Assembly: GCA_964399485.1 (NCBI GenBank) | Contig: CAYNQS010000001.1 | Coordinates: 64,797-128,796, forward strand | Reading direction: 5' to 3' | Length of the DNA stretch: 64,000 bases | Origin: an uncultured Candidatus Bathyarchaeia archaeon | GTDB lineage: Archaea > Thermoproteota > Bathyarchaeia > Bathyarchaeales > Bathyarchaeaceae | In this document: in pieces, positions 19,485 to 27,774 of the stretch | How the letters are laid out: every line of letters begins with the position of its first letter | Position numbering within the stretch: the first letter of the stretch is position 1 | The notes under the pieces: generated by a model | Seen by the model: the letters and a program-made list of their open reading frames with translations, nothing else | Told to the model about the DNA's origin: nothing | Databases searched by the model: none | Translations under genes and position numbers: made by a program

Positions 19485-19667
19485 ATGGTAACTTTGAAGA
19501 AGCTGCGGGAGAAGATCGCGAAGCTGGAAAACGAGAAAACTAAGCTTCTGGAAGAGGTAAAGAAACTTAGGAAAGAAGCAGAGGAAAAAGCTGCCGCACT
19601 AGAATGTGAAGTGGCTGTGCTTCGAGAAGAAGCGGAATCGCTGAAAAAAATGCTTGATAGCTTCTAG
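19485..19667 (+). CDS. 60-aa coiled-coil protein (paralog of 2831..3013)
   Basis: Same length and collinear similarity to the 2831 ORF. Confidence 0.6.
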   Translation: MVTLKKLREKIAKLENEKTKLLEEVKKLRKEAEEKAAALECEVAVLREEAESLKKMLDSF

Positions 19668-19678
19668 TTGTTGAAGAT

Positions 19679-20137
19679 TCAATTCTTTGTTTCCACAATT
19701 TTCGGGCGGATGAATTTAGCGCATTTGGGGCATCTGTGTCTGGAAAGTGTTCGTACATTAGGGTAGCCGATAGATTCCAGATGTGTTTTTGACATGGATT
19801 CTTGCCATTGATGTTTGCAGAGGGGACACTCAAGCAGCGTCTTTACTTCCTCGGTCACGGTAACTTTTTCTCTTCTTAGGACCAGAATTACGGAACCTGC
19901 TGCAAGGCACACAAGGCCTAAAATGGTGCAGTGAAGAATCGTCACTCCCAATCCAAAACCTAATAATTCATTCTCCTTCTCAAAACTCGAGCCTATCGCT
20001 GAGATTATGTCTGGGTCTGAGAAAACGTCCGTGACCCACCATCTCCACACAACGATGAGCAGCGTTATAATTCCGAAAATAGCGAGGGCAAGACCTAAAG
20101 CATAATAACTCTTCTTCCTAAGAACTGTTAACCCCAT
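19679..20137 (-). CDS. Membrane protein with C-terminal zinc ribbon
   Basis: Three hydrophobic helices followed by CPLC...CPKC. Confidence 0.5.
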   Translation of the reverse strand: MGLTVLRKKSYYALGLALAIFGIITLLIVVWRWWVTDVFSDPDIISAIGSSFEKENELLGFGLGVTILHCTILGLVCLAAGSVILVLRREKVTVTEEVKTLLECPLCKHQWQESMSKTHLESIGYPNVRTLSRHRCPKCAKFIRPKIVETKN

Positions 20138-20257
20138 CCTCCATCCGCCATCGCTTCATTTGGTATGTTTCACTTATTTAATTTGTGACACAATACCCTA
20201 TTTCATATTGAGAATAGTAAAAAATCTACTCTAAACTGCGAAGTTGGAAAGCGAAAA

Positions 20258-21253
20258 TTAATCGAGCTCTTGGAGAGCCTTCAGCCTTTTAACAATGTTT
20301 GGGTGAGTGGAAAACACTTCCATAATCTTGTCAAAAGTAGTTACTTTTCTCCTCAGAACCGCTTCGACAAGTTTTCTGTCGCCCCCGACTCCCCCAAGCT
20401 GTCTTATGGCAGCTGCATCTGACTCTGCGCGATCCGGATCAGAGATGAAGAGTGCCTTAAACGAGTTGGAGCTAGTGTCCTGTCGGTCGCGGCGGCTTTG
20501 TTTTACTACGTTTGTATAGTTCACTATCTTTGCCAGTCCTTCAGAGAGTTTGCGGGGTCCATCCTCGACGATTGAGGCGCTGTGCCGGTCTGCGAAGTAT
20601 TCGCGTATTCGGCTCAGGTATAGGGTGAAGAGGGTGAGTATCCAGTAGATGAGGAGGCTTGCGATGCCGATGATTGCGGCTCCTCCGCTGTCTCTGCTGT
20701 CTCTACGGCTGAACATGGAGGAGAGGAGCATGGAGTAACCGATGAAATAGAAGATTGCTGGCAGTATGGAGACGAACATCATAACTTGGACGTCCCTGTG
20801 TTTTAGGTGACCCAGTTCGTGTCCTATTACGGCCTCAACTTCTTCGGTCTCAAGGGTTTCCAGAAGCCCGGTTGTTACTGCAACTTTGCTTCCTGTGAGT
20901 GGTGAACTATATGCGAAGGCGTTAGGTATTGCCATTTTGGCTTTCATGAGTTTCGGGGTTTTGATTCTGCTCTTCTTGCTGAGTCGCTCTACCATACTGT
21001 GCAACGCTGGGTCTTCTTGGGGCTTGACCTCTTTCACGTGGTACATTGCGTCTATTAGGTATGGGGCTATGAGCCACTGGATTATGTTGAAGATGACCAC
21101 TATGAAGGGCAAGAGCATGAGACTGACGCCAGCTAAAGCCATAATAACTGTGAAGAAAAGCGTGGATAATCCGATGATAAGTGCCAGAGTTCCTATCAGG
21201 GAAAATCGTAGTTTCCATAAACTCAAGAAATTGTCCTCAATAATGCTGAGCAA
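20258..21253 (-). CDS. htpX: HtpX-like M48 zinc metalloprotease
   Basis: HELGHLKHRD zinc motif, multiple TM helices, C-terminal THP motif. Confidence 0.85.
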   Translation of the reverse strand: MLSIIEDNFLSLWKLRFSLIGTLALIIGLSTLFFTVIMALAGVSLMLLPFIVVIFNIIQWLIAPYLIDAMYHVKEVKPQEDPALHSMVERLSKKSRIKTPKLMKAKMAIPNAFAYSSPLTGSKVAVTTGLLETLETEEVEAVIGHELGHLKHRDVQVMMFVSILPAIFYFIGYSMLLSSMFSRRDSRDSGGAAIIGIASLLIYWILTLFTLYLSRIREYFADRHSASIVEDGPRKLSEGLAKIVNYTNVVKQSRRDRQDTSSNSFKALFISDPDRAESDAAAIRQLGGVGGDRKLVEAVLRRKVTTFDKIMEVFSTHPNIVKRLKALQELD

Positions 21254-21480
21254 GAAAGGCGACTTATAACCATTTTGCTTTTTAACTTAAATGATTGCTG
21301 TTTGCAGGTTACCGTTCTCTGTTAAAGACCTCTGCGCCTCTATGTCCAAAATACGCAGAAGACTTAGCACATGCATATTTTAACAACCATTTGCATAGTA
21401 TTGATATGGCACTGCCTTCAAGTAGCATCTCTGTTTGTATTGAAGAGACGACTAATTAGCAGATGGAAAGGTAAAATGGC

Positions 21481-22914
21481 ATGGCTTCAAAACCTATTTC
21501 ATTTGAAGTAAAAGCTGAAATTGCTCCCGCTTTTTTCGACAACATGTTAAGATTCATTAATCGAAATTACATCCTCAAAAACAGAAAAAGTTTCACAAAC
21601 GTGAATTTGGCTGTGGGCGGAGATAATCAGCTTTCATTTACAGTTCTAGGTTCTGAAGGGGAGCCTGCCCTTGATGTAAAAATTGTGGCTAAGAAAACCA
21701 TTAGAGTAAAGATGGTTCCACTTGTGGAGGAGCTTTCTGAAGAATTCGTGGATCAGCTGAGGAATGATCTTCTACTCGGAATCCAGTTGTTCGAAGAAAA
21801 AGTGAGAAAGACTACGCTGTATTTTGCGTGGTTAGAGGGGGAAGAAGTTAAGCTAGAAAGAGTGATGGAGAATAAGAAAAGTATACTGGGAAAAATCTTC
21901 TCTAGCGGCATGTACATCTTTTTCGTAATTTCTATCGCTGTCAGCATTTTTCTCTTCTTACTGTTTGGACTTTATGCTGTAGTGATAATAATAGTCTTAC
22001 AATTTGTGCTTTTTTTGTTTTCAGACAAACTCATAGCTAAGGCTGGAGACTGGCAAGTAACCTCAAAAAATGCTAATGTTCATTTATTCCAATACCATCT
22101 TCCAGTTGAAGACTACCAAAAAATCAAACAAAGATTCAGTGACAAAGAATTTGCTGCAATGAAATCAGAAATATACAAAAGAACTCTGGCTGCTGGGGAA
22201 CCTTTGAACTGCAACGTGGTCCATGAAGTCTTTTCTAACTATGGAATTCGGTGTAATCCAGAAAACATGTTAACAAAGAAAGTGAATGTTTACCAAATAG
22301 TCAAAAAAGTAGCTGAAAAATTCGGTGTCCCAATCCCCAAGATAATTCTTGCAAACACCATAGTTCCCAACGCTGCGGCTTCTGGTCCCAGCCCCAGCAG
22401 AGGTGTCACCTTGATAACTACAGGTTTGCTGGTGCAGCTTGAAGAAGACGAAATCCTCAATGTAGTTGGTCACGAGTTCAGCCATCTGAAAAACAGAGAC
22501 CCGCTCATCCTGTTGGGGTTAACTTCGACTGAGTTTTTACTTCGAATCTACGTGCTCATTAATTTGTTCGCTTCCTTCTTTTGGTTCGGATACATCTACC
22601 TTTTCGCTTCCATCACTTCACTCTACTTTATAGCCAAATTTTTTGAAGGCAGAGCAGATTTAGATACTGCTGTTAAGATTGGACAACCTAAGATTCTTGC
22701 TGAAGCTCTAGAAAAAATCGGATTTAGAAGACTGCAATTTCAAGATATATCTGCTTACAGGATTCAAAGCTGGATAAGATGGGACCCTCACCCCCCAATA
22801 TATTTCAGGATTCACAGACTGGAAACGCTAGAGAAGCCTGAAGAAATTAAACACACCTTAATCCGGTCCATCAAAGATAACCTGCACGCGTTTGTGGATG
22901 CAATCCGAACCTAA
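21481..22914 (+). CDS. M48 family peptidase with large N-terminal domain
   Basis: GHEFSHLKNRD motif near residue 330. About 140 aa of unrecognised soluble N-terminal domain plus TM helices. Confidence 0.75.
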   Translation: MASKPISFEVKAEIAPAFFDNMLRFINRNYILKNRKSFTNVNLAVGGDNQLSFTVLGSEGEPALDVKIVAKKTIRVKMVPLVEELSEEFVDQLRNDLLLGIQLFEEKVRKTTLYFAWLEGEEVKLERVMENKKSILGKIFSSGMYIFFVISIAVSIFLFLLFGLYAVVIIIVLQFVLFLFSDKLIAKAGDWQVTSKNANVHLFQYHLPVEDYQKIKQRFSDKEFAAMKSEIYKRTLAAGEPLNCNVVHEVFSNYGIRCNPENMLTKKVNVYQIVKKVAEKFGVPIPKIILANTIVPNAAASGPSPSRGVTLITTGLLVQLEEDEILNVVGHEFSHLKNRDPLILLGLTSTEFLLRIYVLINLFASFFWFGYIYLFASITSLYFIAKFFEGRADLDTAVKIGQPKILAEALEKIGFRRLQFQDISAYRIQSWIRWDPHPPIYFRIHRLETLEKPEEIKHTLIRSIKDNLHAFVDAIRT

Positions 22915-22966
22915 TGTGCGTGCAGGAGGCTAAATTTTAGCCCCAAACCCAAACTATAAAACCTAT

Positions 22967-23011
22967 CCAAAAACTTGCTTTCAATAGTATTGCAGTATAC
23001 TAATGTGTGTG
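22967..23011 (+). repeat. M1 repeat, degenerate copy C
   Basis: CCAAAAACTTGCTTTCAATAGTATTGCAGTATACTAATGTGTGTG aligns with the M1 consensus with gaps. Confidence 0.45.
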
Positions 23012-23047
23012 AACTTTGGGTGCCAAGTTTTTGTTGTGTCTGGAATT

Positions 23048-23099
23048 CCTGAAAAACCTATTTTCAACAATGAACTACTATTAGTCTACTAATATGTGT
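23048..23099 (+). repeat. M1 repeat, copy D
   Basis: CCTGAAAAACCTATTTTCAACAATGAACTACTATTAGTCTACTAATATGTGT. Confidence 0.8.
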
Positions 23100-23221
23100 A
23101 AAGTTTGTGTGAATAAGTCAAGGTTTGATTTTATCTTGAGCTTGTGCTGCAACACGTTTATTAGACGTTAAATGTATATTGTGTATTAAGATTTAATTTC
23201 CTTTTCTGAGGGGGAAATACG

Positions 23222-23398
23222 ATGTCCAACGAGAATAAAAAAGAGGAACTGAAATCCCGGATAGAATTGCTGGAAAAAGAAATTCTTCACCTGAGGGGAA
23301 GAAAAAGAGCCGAAGCCAGAATGGAATATCTTAGGCTTTTGAAATCTTGTGGAAAAGAATGCGGATTAGAGGAACCAATCTACCTTAGGCGATGCTAG
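23222..23398 (+). CDS. Possible 58-aa coiled-coil protein (below the ORF-track cutoff)
   Basis: ATG preceded by GAGGGGGAAATACG. Translation is MSNENKKEELKSRIELLEKEILHLRGRKRAEARMEYLRLLKSCGKECGLEEPIYLRRC. Confidence 0.35.
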   Translation: MSNENKKEELKSRIELLEKEILHLRGRKRAEARMEYLRLLKSCGKECGLEEPIYLRRC

Positions 23399-23407
23399 CA
23401 GCAAAGA

Positions 23408-23635
23408 TCAGCCACGCCTTTTTCTAACGTAAACTGTTTTGATTTTGTCAACATCATTTCCGTAACATCTTCTGCACTCTTCATCTATTTCCTCAAGATT
23501 TACCGGTTCCAGATGAACTTCGAAGCCTAAAGATTTGTACTCGTCAACTATCTCGCTTAATCGTGGCTCCCCAATAGTGGTCCGCTTAATCCACCCCTGT
23601 TTCTCCAATTTCTCAGACATTAACCATCTTTCCAC
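23408..23635 (-). CDS. Hypothetical small protein
   Basis: 75-aa ORF (possibly starting at MSEK, 23620). No family recognised. Confidence 0.5.
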   Translation of the reverse strand: MERWLMSEKLEKQGWIKRTTIGEPRLSEIVDEYKSLGFEVHLEPVNLEEIDEECRRCYGNDVDKIKTVYVRKRRG

Positions 23636-23685
23636 TCCTCTAATTTGAAAGTAATCAGTTGATCTCCTTGTTTAGGAAATAATTG

Positions 23686-24720
23686 TCAGATCTTCTCAAT
23701 TCTGTATACCTCCCCAACTTTGTTAATTTGGAACTTTATGCCCAGAATCTTCTCCATCAACCAAATGTTGGTGTCCAAGTGTTCTGTTATCTTTCGAGTT
23801 AGATATGTTGAGGCGCCGTCTGCTAGTGCAACGTATGGCACAAGCATGTCCGCAAGGTGAACGTCTACGGTGGCATGGGCTTCAATTTCCTTCAACAGAT
23901 TTTCAGCAGCTTCTCTGCCCACAGCCTCGCTGGACTTCCCCAGTTCTCCTATAGCGTCTCCTGCAACTAGGGCGCCTTTGCTTGTTTTCGCCCATAACAC
24001 TATAGAACTGCCCTTCTGAAGAGGGTTAGACTGGTCATTAACTACACGAATCTCTACATCATAACCGTGACTTCTAAGAAGGTTCGTAGCCGCCTCAGCT
24101 TGCCGCTCTGCAACCCTCTGTTTCTCCAAGAAAGTGCAGACTGAAACTCCTCCGATCTCCTCTATTTCACCAAACTCCTTTATGGAAACGGCACTGAGCT
24201 TAGAGCCATTGCTGACGTTCAAGACGACTTCGCCCATGCCCTTAGGATAATAGCCGAAACTTTTGACAGTTAAAGAAGCCTTAACACCCACTCGCTCCAG
24301 CACAGGTAAAAGCACATGTTTCATGTAATTAATCGTAGGAGCGTAACGAACGTCCGTGCCGCCACCAACAACATGAACTTTGATGTCGCCCTTGGCGCAG
24401 GCACAGATGGGCAGAACCGCTAAAAGCAGCATGGATATGCTTCCCGCAGTGCCTATCTCAGCCCTCACCTCGCCGCTTACGATGCCTTTTGGCTTGAACC
24501 ACAGTTCACGAGAACCAAGATTTGCCCCCTCAGTTTCAGCGTTACAGAGCTTCGCAGCTGTCAACACTGATTCGAGGTGCTGGGGGCGGAGTCCCGGTTG
24601 TCTGCGCCTATGGCGGATGTTATAAATATGCATGGGCTTCTCTAGGATGCCTGCAAGGGCGATGGATAACCGTAATATTGTTCCGCTGCCACTCTTCTGG
24701 CTACCGTCAATCGTCAACAT
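23686..24720 (-). CDS. rtcA: RNA 3'-terminal phosphate cyclase
   Basis: MLTIDGSQKSGSGTILR N-terminus and the conserved His-containing region (VDVHLADML) of the RtcA family; 344 aa. Confidence 0.9.
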   Translation of the reverse strand: MLTIDGSQKSGSGTILRLSIALAGILEKPMHIYNIRHRRRQPGLRPQHLESVLTAAKLCNAETEGANLGSRELWFKPKGIVSGEVRAEIGTAGSISMLLLAVLPICACAKGDIKVHVVGGGTDVRYAPTINYMKHVLLPVLERVGVKASLTVKSFGYYPKGMGEVVLNVSNGSKLSAVSIKEFGEIEEIGGVSVCTFLEKQRVAERQAEAATNLLRSHGYDVEIRVVNDQSNPLQKGSSIVLWAKTSKGALVAGDAIGELGKSSEAVGREAAENLLKEIEAHATVDVHLADMLVPYVALADGASTYLTRKITEHLDTNIWLMEKILGIKFQINKVGEVYRIEKI

Positions 24721-24859
24721 TTCTTGTCTACAAAATATTGTCTCTCCGCATTTATTTAACCTTAAAAAAGAATATCTAGAATTGTGTGCCCGGTTGGAAA
24801 TTCTGGGAGACGATAAACCTTTTCTTTTAAGATTTGGTTAAACAACAGGGGAAAGATTT

Positions 24860-25174
24860 TTGAGTTGGATGGAGGATTTAAAAAAACTCCACTGCAAACC
24901 GAAAGTTTCCATCACAGAAATTAACGACTTCATTCTGCAGCATCCAAAATGGGTTGCGTCAATAATTAGAAACGCCGTAGGCTTCGAAATGTACAGAGAG
25001 TTCTGTTTGTGTTGCGAAAATTTTGATAGATGCTACGAAAAGCTGGGTGCCATAAAAAGGAAACCCCGTTTAGGTTGCATCTGCAACGAATTCTTGAACC
25101 AAGAACACTCTGAAGCTAATAAGCCAAGATTACGAGCATACTTCAAAGAAGTTGCAGTGATGCTTGACATCTAA
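24860..25174 (+). CDS. Hypothetical Cys-rich protein
   Basis: 104-aa ORF with TTG start and CLCCENFDRC...CIC. No family recognised. Confidence 0.4.
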   Translation: MSWMEDLKKLHCKPKVSITEINDFILQHPKWVASIIRNAVGFEMYREFCLCCENFDRCYEKLGAIKRKPRLGCICNEFLNQEHSEANKPRLRAYFKEVAVMLDI

Positions 25175-25304
25175 TATTGACACAAACGGGTGAACTATGA
25201 TAGCTGTAATGGGACGTTGCTGCAAGTCATCTTTGCAAGACTCTGGGGTGGACTCAAAAAGTTTTATTATTATCATCTTAACAGTTTCACATCTTGGAGG
25301 AAAG

Positions 25305-25747
25305 ATGTCTGTTTAAGAAAATATTAATTGCACTAGACGGTTCCAAGGCAGCCAATAATGCACTAAACTTTGCACTCGGATTGGCAGAGACAACTTCAGC
25401 GGAGCTTGAACTACTTACGGTTTCCACCTGTCTTTTTGCCTTCACACTCAATCTGCAACAGCTTCTGATTTAATCACACAGATTGTGCTAAAGCATTGGC
25501 TGTTACTTTCAGGGGGGTGCTGTCTAAGGCGAAAAGAGAAGCTCGAAATAGAAAGCCTGAGCTTGAAGTTTCAACGAGATTTGAAAAGGGAGAGCCTGCT
25601 GAAAAAATTGTTGAGGTAGCGGAACGTGGTAACTTTGATCTTATTGTTATGGGAAGCAGAGGGTTAGGTGGCAGAGTTTCCACTCTGGGGAGTGTCAGCT
25701 CTAGGGTTGTAGATAACGCCTCCTGTCCCGTAGTGATAGTGAAATAA
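25305..25747 (+). pseudogene. Universal stress protein, frame-disrupted
   Basis: ATG at 25305 hits a stop after 3 codons. FKKILIALDGSKAANNALNFAL is in the +1 frame. The C-terminal USP part (DLIVMGSRGLGG...CPVVIVK) is in a third frame (ORF 25496..25747). Total length equals one USP. Confidence 0.6.
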
Positions 25748-25891
25748 GATTTTTCTGTCCTGAACGAAGCTTTGTTGCGGTTCGCAGGAAAGCTTGGGTC
25801 TTTAAATAGTGAATGCTCCAGATGTTGACAAGGTAGGATAAAACAAATGAGTAAGTTATGGTAACGTATTCTTGTGTGGAGGTTAGGGTTG

Positions 25892-26272
25892 ATGGGTGAA
25901 GAAAAGGTGAACATTCAAGAATTAGCCCGAAAAGTCGATGAACTTCTTAACGTCCTGAATGTGATCGCGGGGGACCTCTCTGAAGTTTCCAAGTCCCTCA
26001 AAGCGGTAAGCGAACCAGCCGCTACTCCTACAGTTTCTGCTGCACCATCTGGAAAAAAGCGTGGAGTCAACGATGTTAAGCAGGCGTTTTCTTCCGAACT
26101 TGCGGGTATGTTAATCTTTGAGGAGAGCGGAACCTTCATTATTGTGAAGCCACGGAGATTCTTAGGTTCCGACAATTTCGCTAGAATCGCATCTATTGTA
26201 CGCGACCTTGGTGGAGAATACATCAGTGCAGGAAGAAATTCTCATTTCAAGGTTCCGAAGGAAGTGGGTTAG
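25892..26272 (+). CDS. Hypothetical protein
   Basis: ATG 6 nt after GGAGGTTA; 126 aa. N-terminal helix, Ala/Pro/Ser linker, small C-terminal domain. No family recognised. Confidence 0.5.
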   Translation: MGEEKVNIQELARKVDELLNVLNVIAGDLSEVSKSLKAVSEPAATPTVSAAPSGKKRGVNDVKQAFSSELAGMLIFEESGTFIIVKPRRFLGSDNFARIASIVRDLGGEYISAGRNSHFKVPKEVG

Positions 26273-26325
26273 CAGGAAAAAGCTTGTTTTCAACATAGCT
26301 CTGTTATTAGTCTCCTAATATGCTC
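26273..26325 (+). repeat. M1 repeat, copy E
   Basis: CAGGAAAAAGCTTGTTTTCAACATAGCTCTGTTATTAGTCTCCTAATATGCTC, starting immediately after the stop codon at 26272. Confidence 0.8.
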
Positions 26326-26357
26326 TGGGATTTGGACAGCAAATCATATTCTTGCTT

Positions 26358-26423
26358 GGAAAAACAGAAAAAACACTGTTTTCAACAATGAAGTATTATT
26401 AGGCTTCAAATATGAATGTGTGG
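26358..26423 (+). repeat. M1 repeat, copy F
   Basis: GGAAAAACAGAAAAAACACTGTTTTCAACAATGAAGTATTATTAGGCTTCAAATATGAATGTGTGG. Lies 38 nt beyond the stop of rpl40e on the other strand. Confidence 0.8.
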
Positions 26424-26460
26424 TTAGCACCGTTTCGAGTGCAAACTGTTTTCGTGTGTT

Positions 26461-26613
26461 TTAGCGGATGATTTCGCGTTTCTTCCATCGCAGATTTTTG
26501 CTTCTGCATTTTCTGCATTTTGTGGCGCTGGAGGCGTTTCGTGCTCCGCATTCTCGGCAGATTTTCATGTAGAGTCTGTGCTTCTGGGCAAGCGTTTTCT
26601 TGAAGGGATCCAT
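26461..26613 (-). CDS. rpl40e: 50S ribosomal protein L40e (below the ORF-track cutoff)
   Basis: Translation is MDPFKKTLAQKHRLYMKICRECGARNASSATKCRKCRSKNLRWKKREIIR. The C-x2-C...C-x2-C ribbon and basic tail are typical of archaeal L40e. Confidence 0.85.
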   Translation of the reverse strand: MDPFKKTLAQKHRLYMKICRECGARNASSATKCRKCRSKNLRWKKREIIR

Positions 26614-26885
26614 TATTGGCAAGTCAGATGTTCTCCGTTAGCGAAGTTTAGTTACGATTCAAATCACCTCTGACCTAAATATGTTTTCCCTTTCCCTAAG
26701 GCTTCAACCGTCAGCCTCACCAATTTCCCTTGCTCTAGACAGTTATCGTCGTTCTTGGCATCATTATCGCCTGATGTTTCCTGTTTCTGGCGGAGCGATT
26801 CCCAAATCAAGTTGAACAGTAACATATGCAAAGATTCACCGCAACGTATTTATTGAGCAGACAAAAAGCAAAGTTCACTAAAAAA

Positions 26886-27185
26886 ATGAGGAGCGAGGCG
26901 GGGAAAGTGGCAGAAAACAACTCTGTGTTGATCGGCAAAAAGCCAGCAATGAACTATGTGCTGGCATGCATATCCCTCTTCCACGGCGGAGCAAACGAAA
27001 TAACGGTTAAGGCTAGAGGCAGAGCAATCAGCAGAGCAGTTGACGTTGTGGAAGTAACCAGAAACCGTTTCATGCCAGACCTAAAAGTCAAGAAAATCGG
27101 AATAGACACAGAACAGTTGGCTACCTCTGAAGAAGATGCCGCGCCATCGAACGTTAGCACTATCGAAATAACCTTAGCAAAATAA
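26886..27185 (+). CDS. albA: DNA/RNA-binding protein Alba
   Basis: [16 protein letters not shown]...[18 protein letters not shown] matches the Alba family. Start set at the internal ATG. Confidence 0.9.
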   Translation: MRSEAGKVAENNSVLIGKKPAMNYVLACISLFHGGANEITVKARGRAISRAVDVVEVTRNRFMPDLKVKKIGIDTEQLATSEEDAAPSNVSTIEITLAK

Positions 27186-27252
27186 ACAAAAACACGCAAC
27201 TTTAAAAGTCTCCGCCGCCACCTCCTTTATTTCAGGGAGGACACAAGACGGA

Positions 27253-27759
27253 GTGAAAACGGAACTATGCAATTTCTGCTTGAAAAGCGGAATACTGTGC
27301 TCGAAATGTCAAGGAAAACTTAAGTCGGGTAAGGTCAGTGAAGTAGACTTCACCGTTGCCCGTTTACTTCTGTCTCTGGAAGAAAAGTATCCTTCTCTTC
27401 AAGATGTATATTTCCACAAGGCTGTGGACGCGGATAGGATTCTCGCCATCCTCGTCGACAAGGGTGATGTGCCCCGTCTTCTGAGCCATGGCGGAAAAAT
27501 CGTTAAGGCTCTCGGCGAAAAGACGGGAAAAACCATCCGTGTTCTGGAATACGGAGTGACTGAACGAAAGTTCTTGGAGGACCTCTTTATTCCCTTAAGC
27601 ATTCTGACCATAAACAAGATTTGGTTGCCTGACGGAACCACTGAGACACGAGTTATACTGAAACGGGGAAGACGAAAAAGAATCCCCAACGTCAAAGCTT
27701 CGAAGCAAATTGCCCAAGAACTTCGGGGAATAACCCTCAGAGTGGAATTCGCTCACTGA
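27253..27759 (+). CDS. Zinc-ribbon plus KH-like putative RNA-binding protein
   Basis: N-terminal CNFC...CSKC and a central GGKIVKALGEKTGKTIRV (GxxG KH-like) segment. Exact family not resolved. Confidence 0.5.
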   Translation: MKTELCNFCLKSGILCSKCQGKLKSGKVSEVDFTVARLLLSLEEKYPSLQDVYFHKAVDADRILAILVDKGDVPRLLSHGGKIVKALGEKTGKTIRVLEYGVTERKFLEDLFIPLSILTINKIWLPDGTTETRVILKRGRRKRIPNVKASKQIAQELRGITLRVEFAH

Positions 27760-27774
27760 CAGCCGGGGTCGCCA

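Noticed and set aside
22921-22940. Perfect palindrome GGCTAAATTTTAGCC just after the M48 gene stop, considered as a terminator hairpin
   Set aside because: It is a short stem with a minimal loop and no adjacent T-tract. This is insufficient to call a feature.
25474-25914. 146-aa minus-strand ORF
   Set aside because: It is antisense to the universal stress protein remnant and has no recognisable motifs or ribosome-binding site. The USP-like frames on the plus strand explain the region better.
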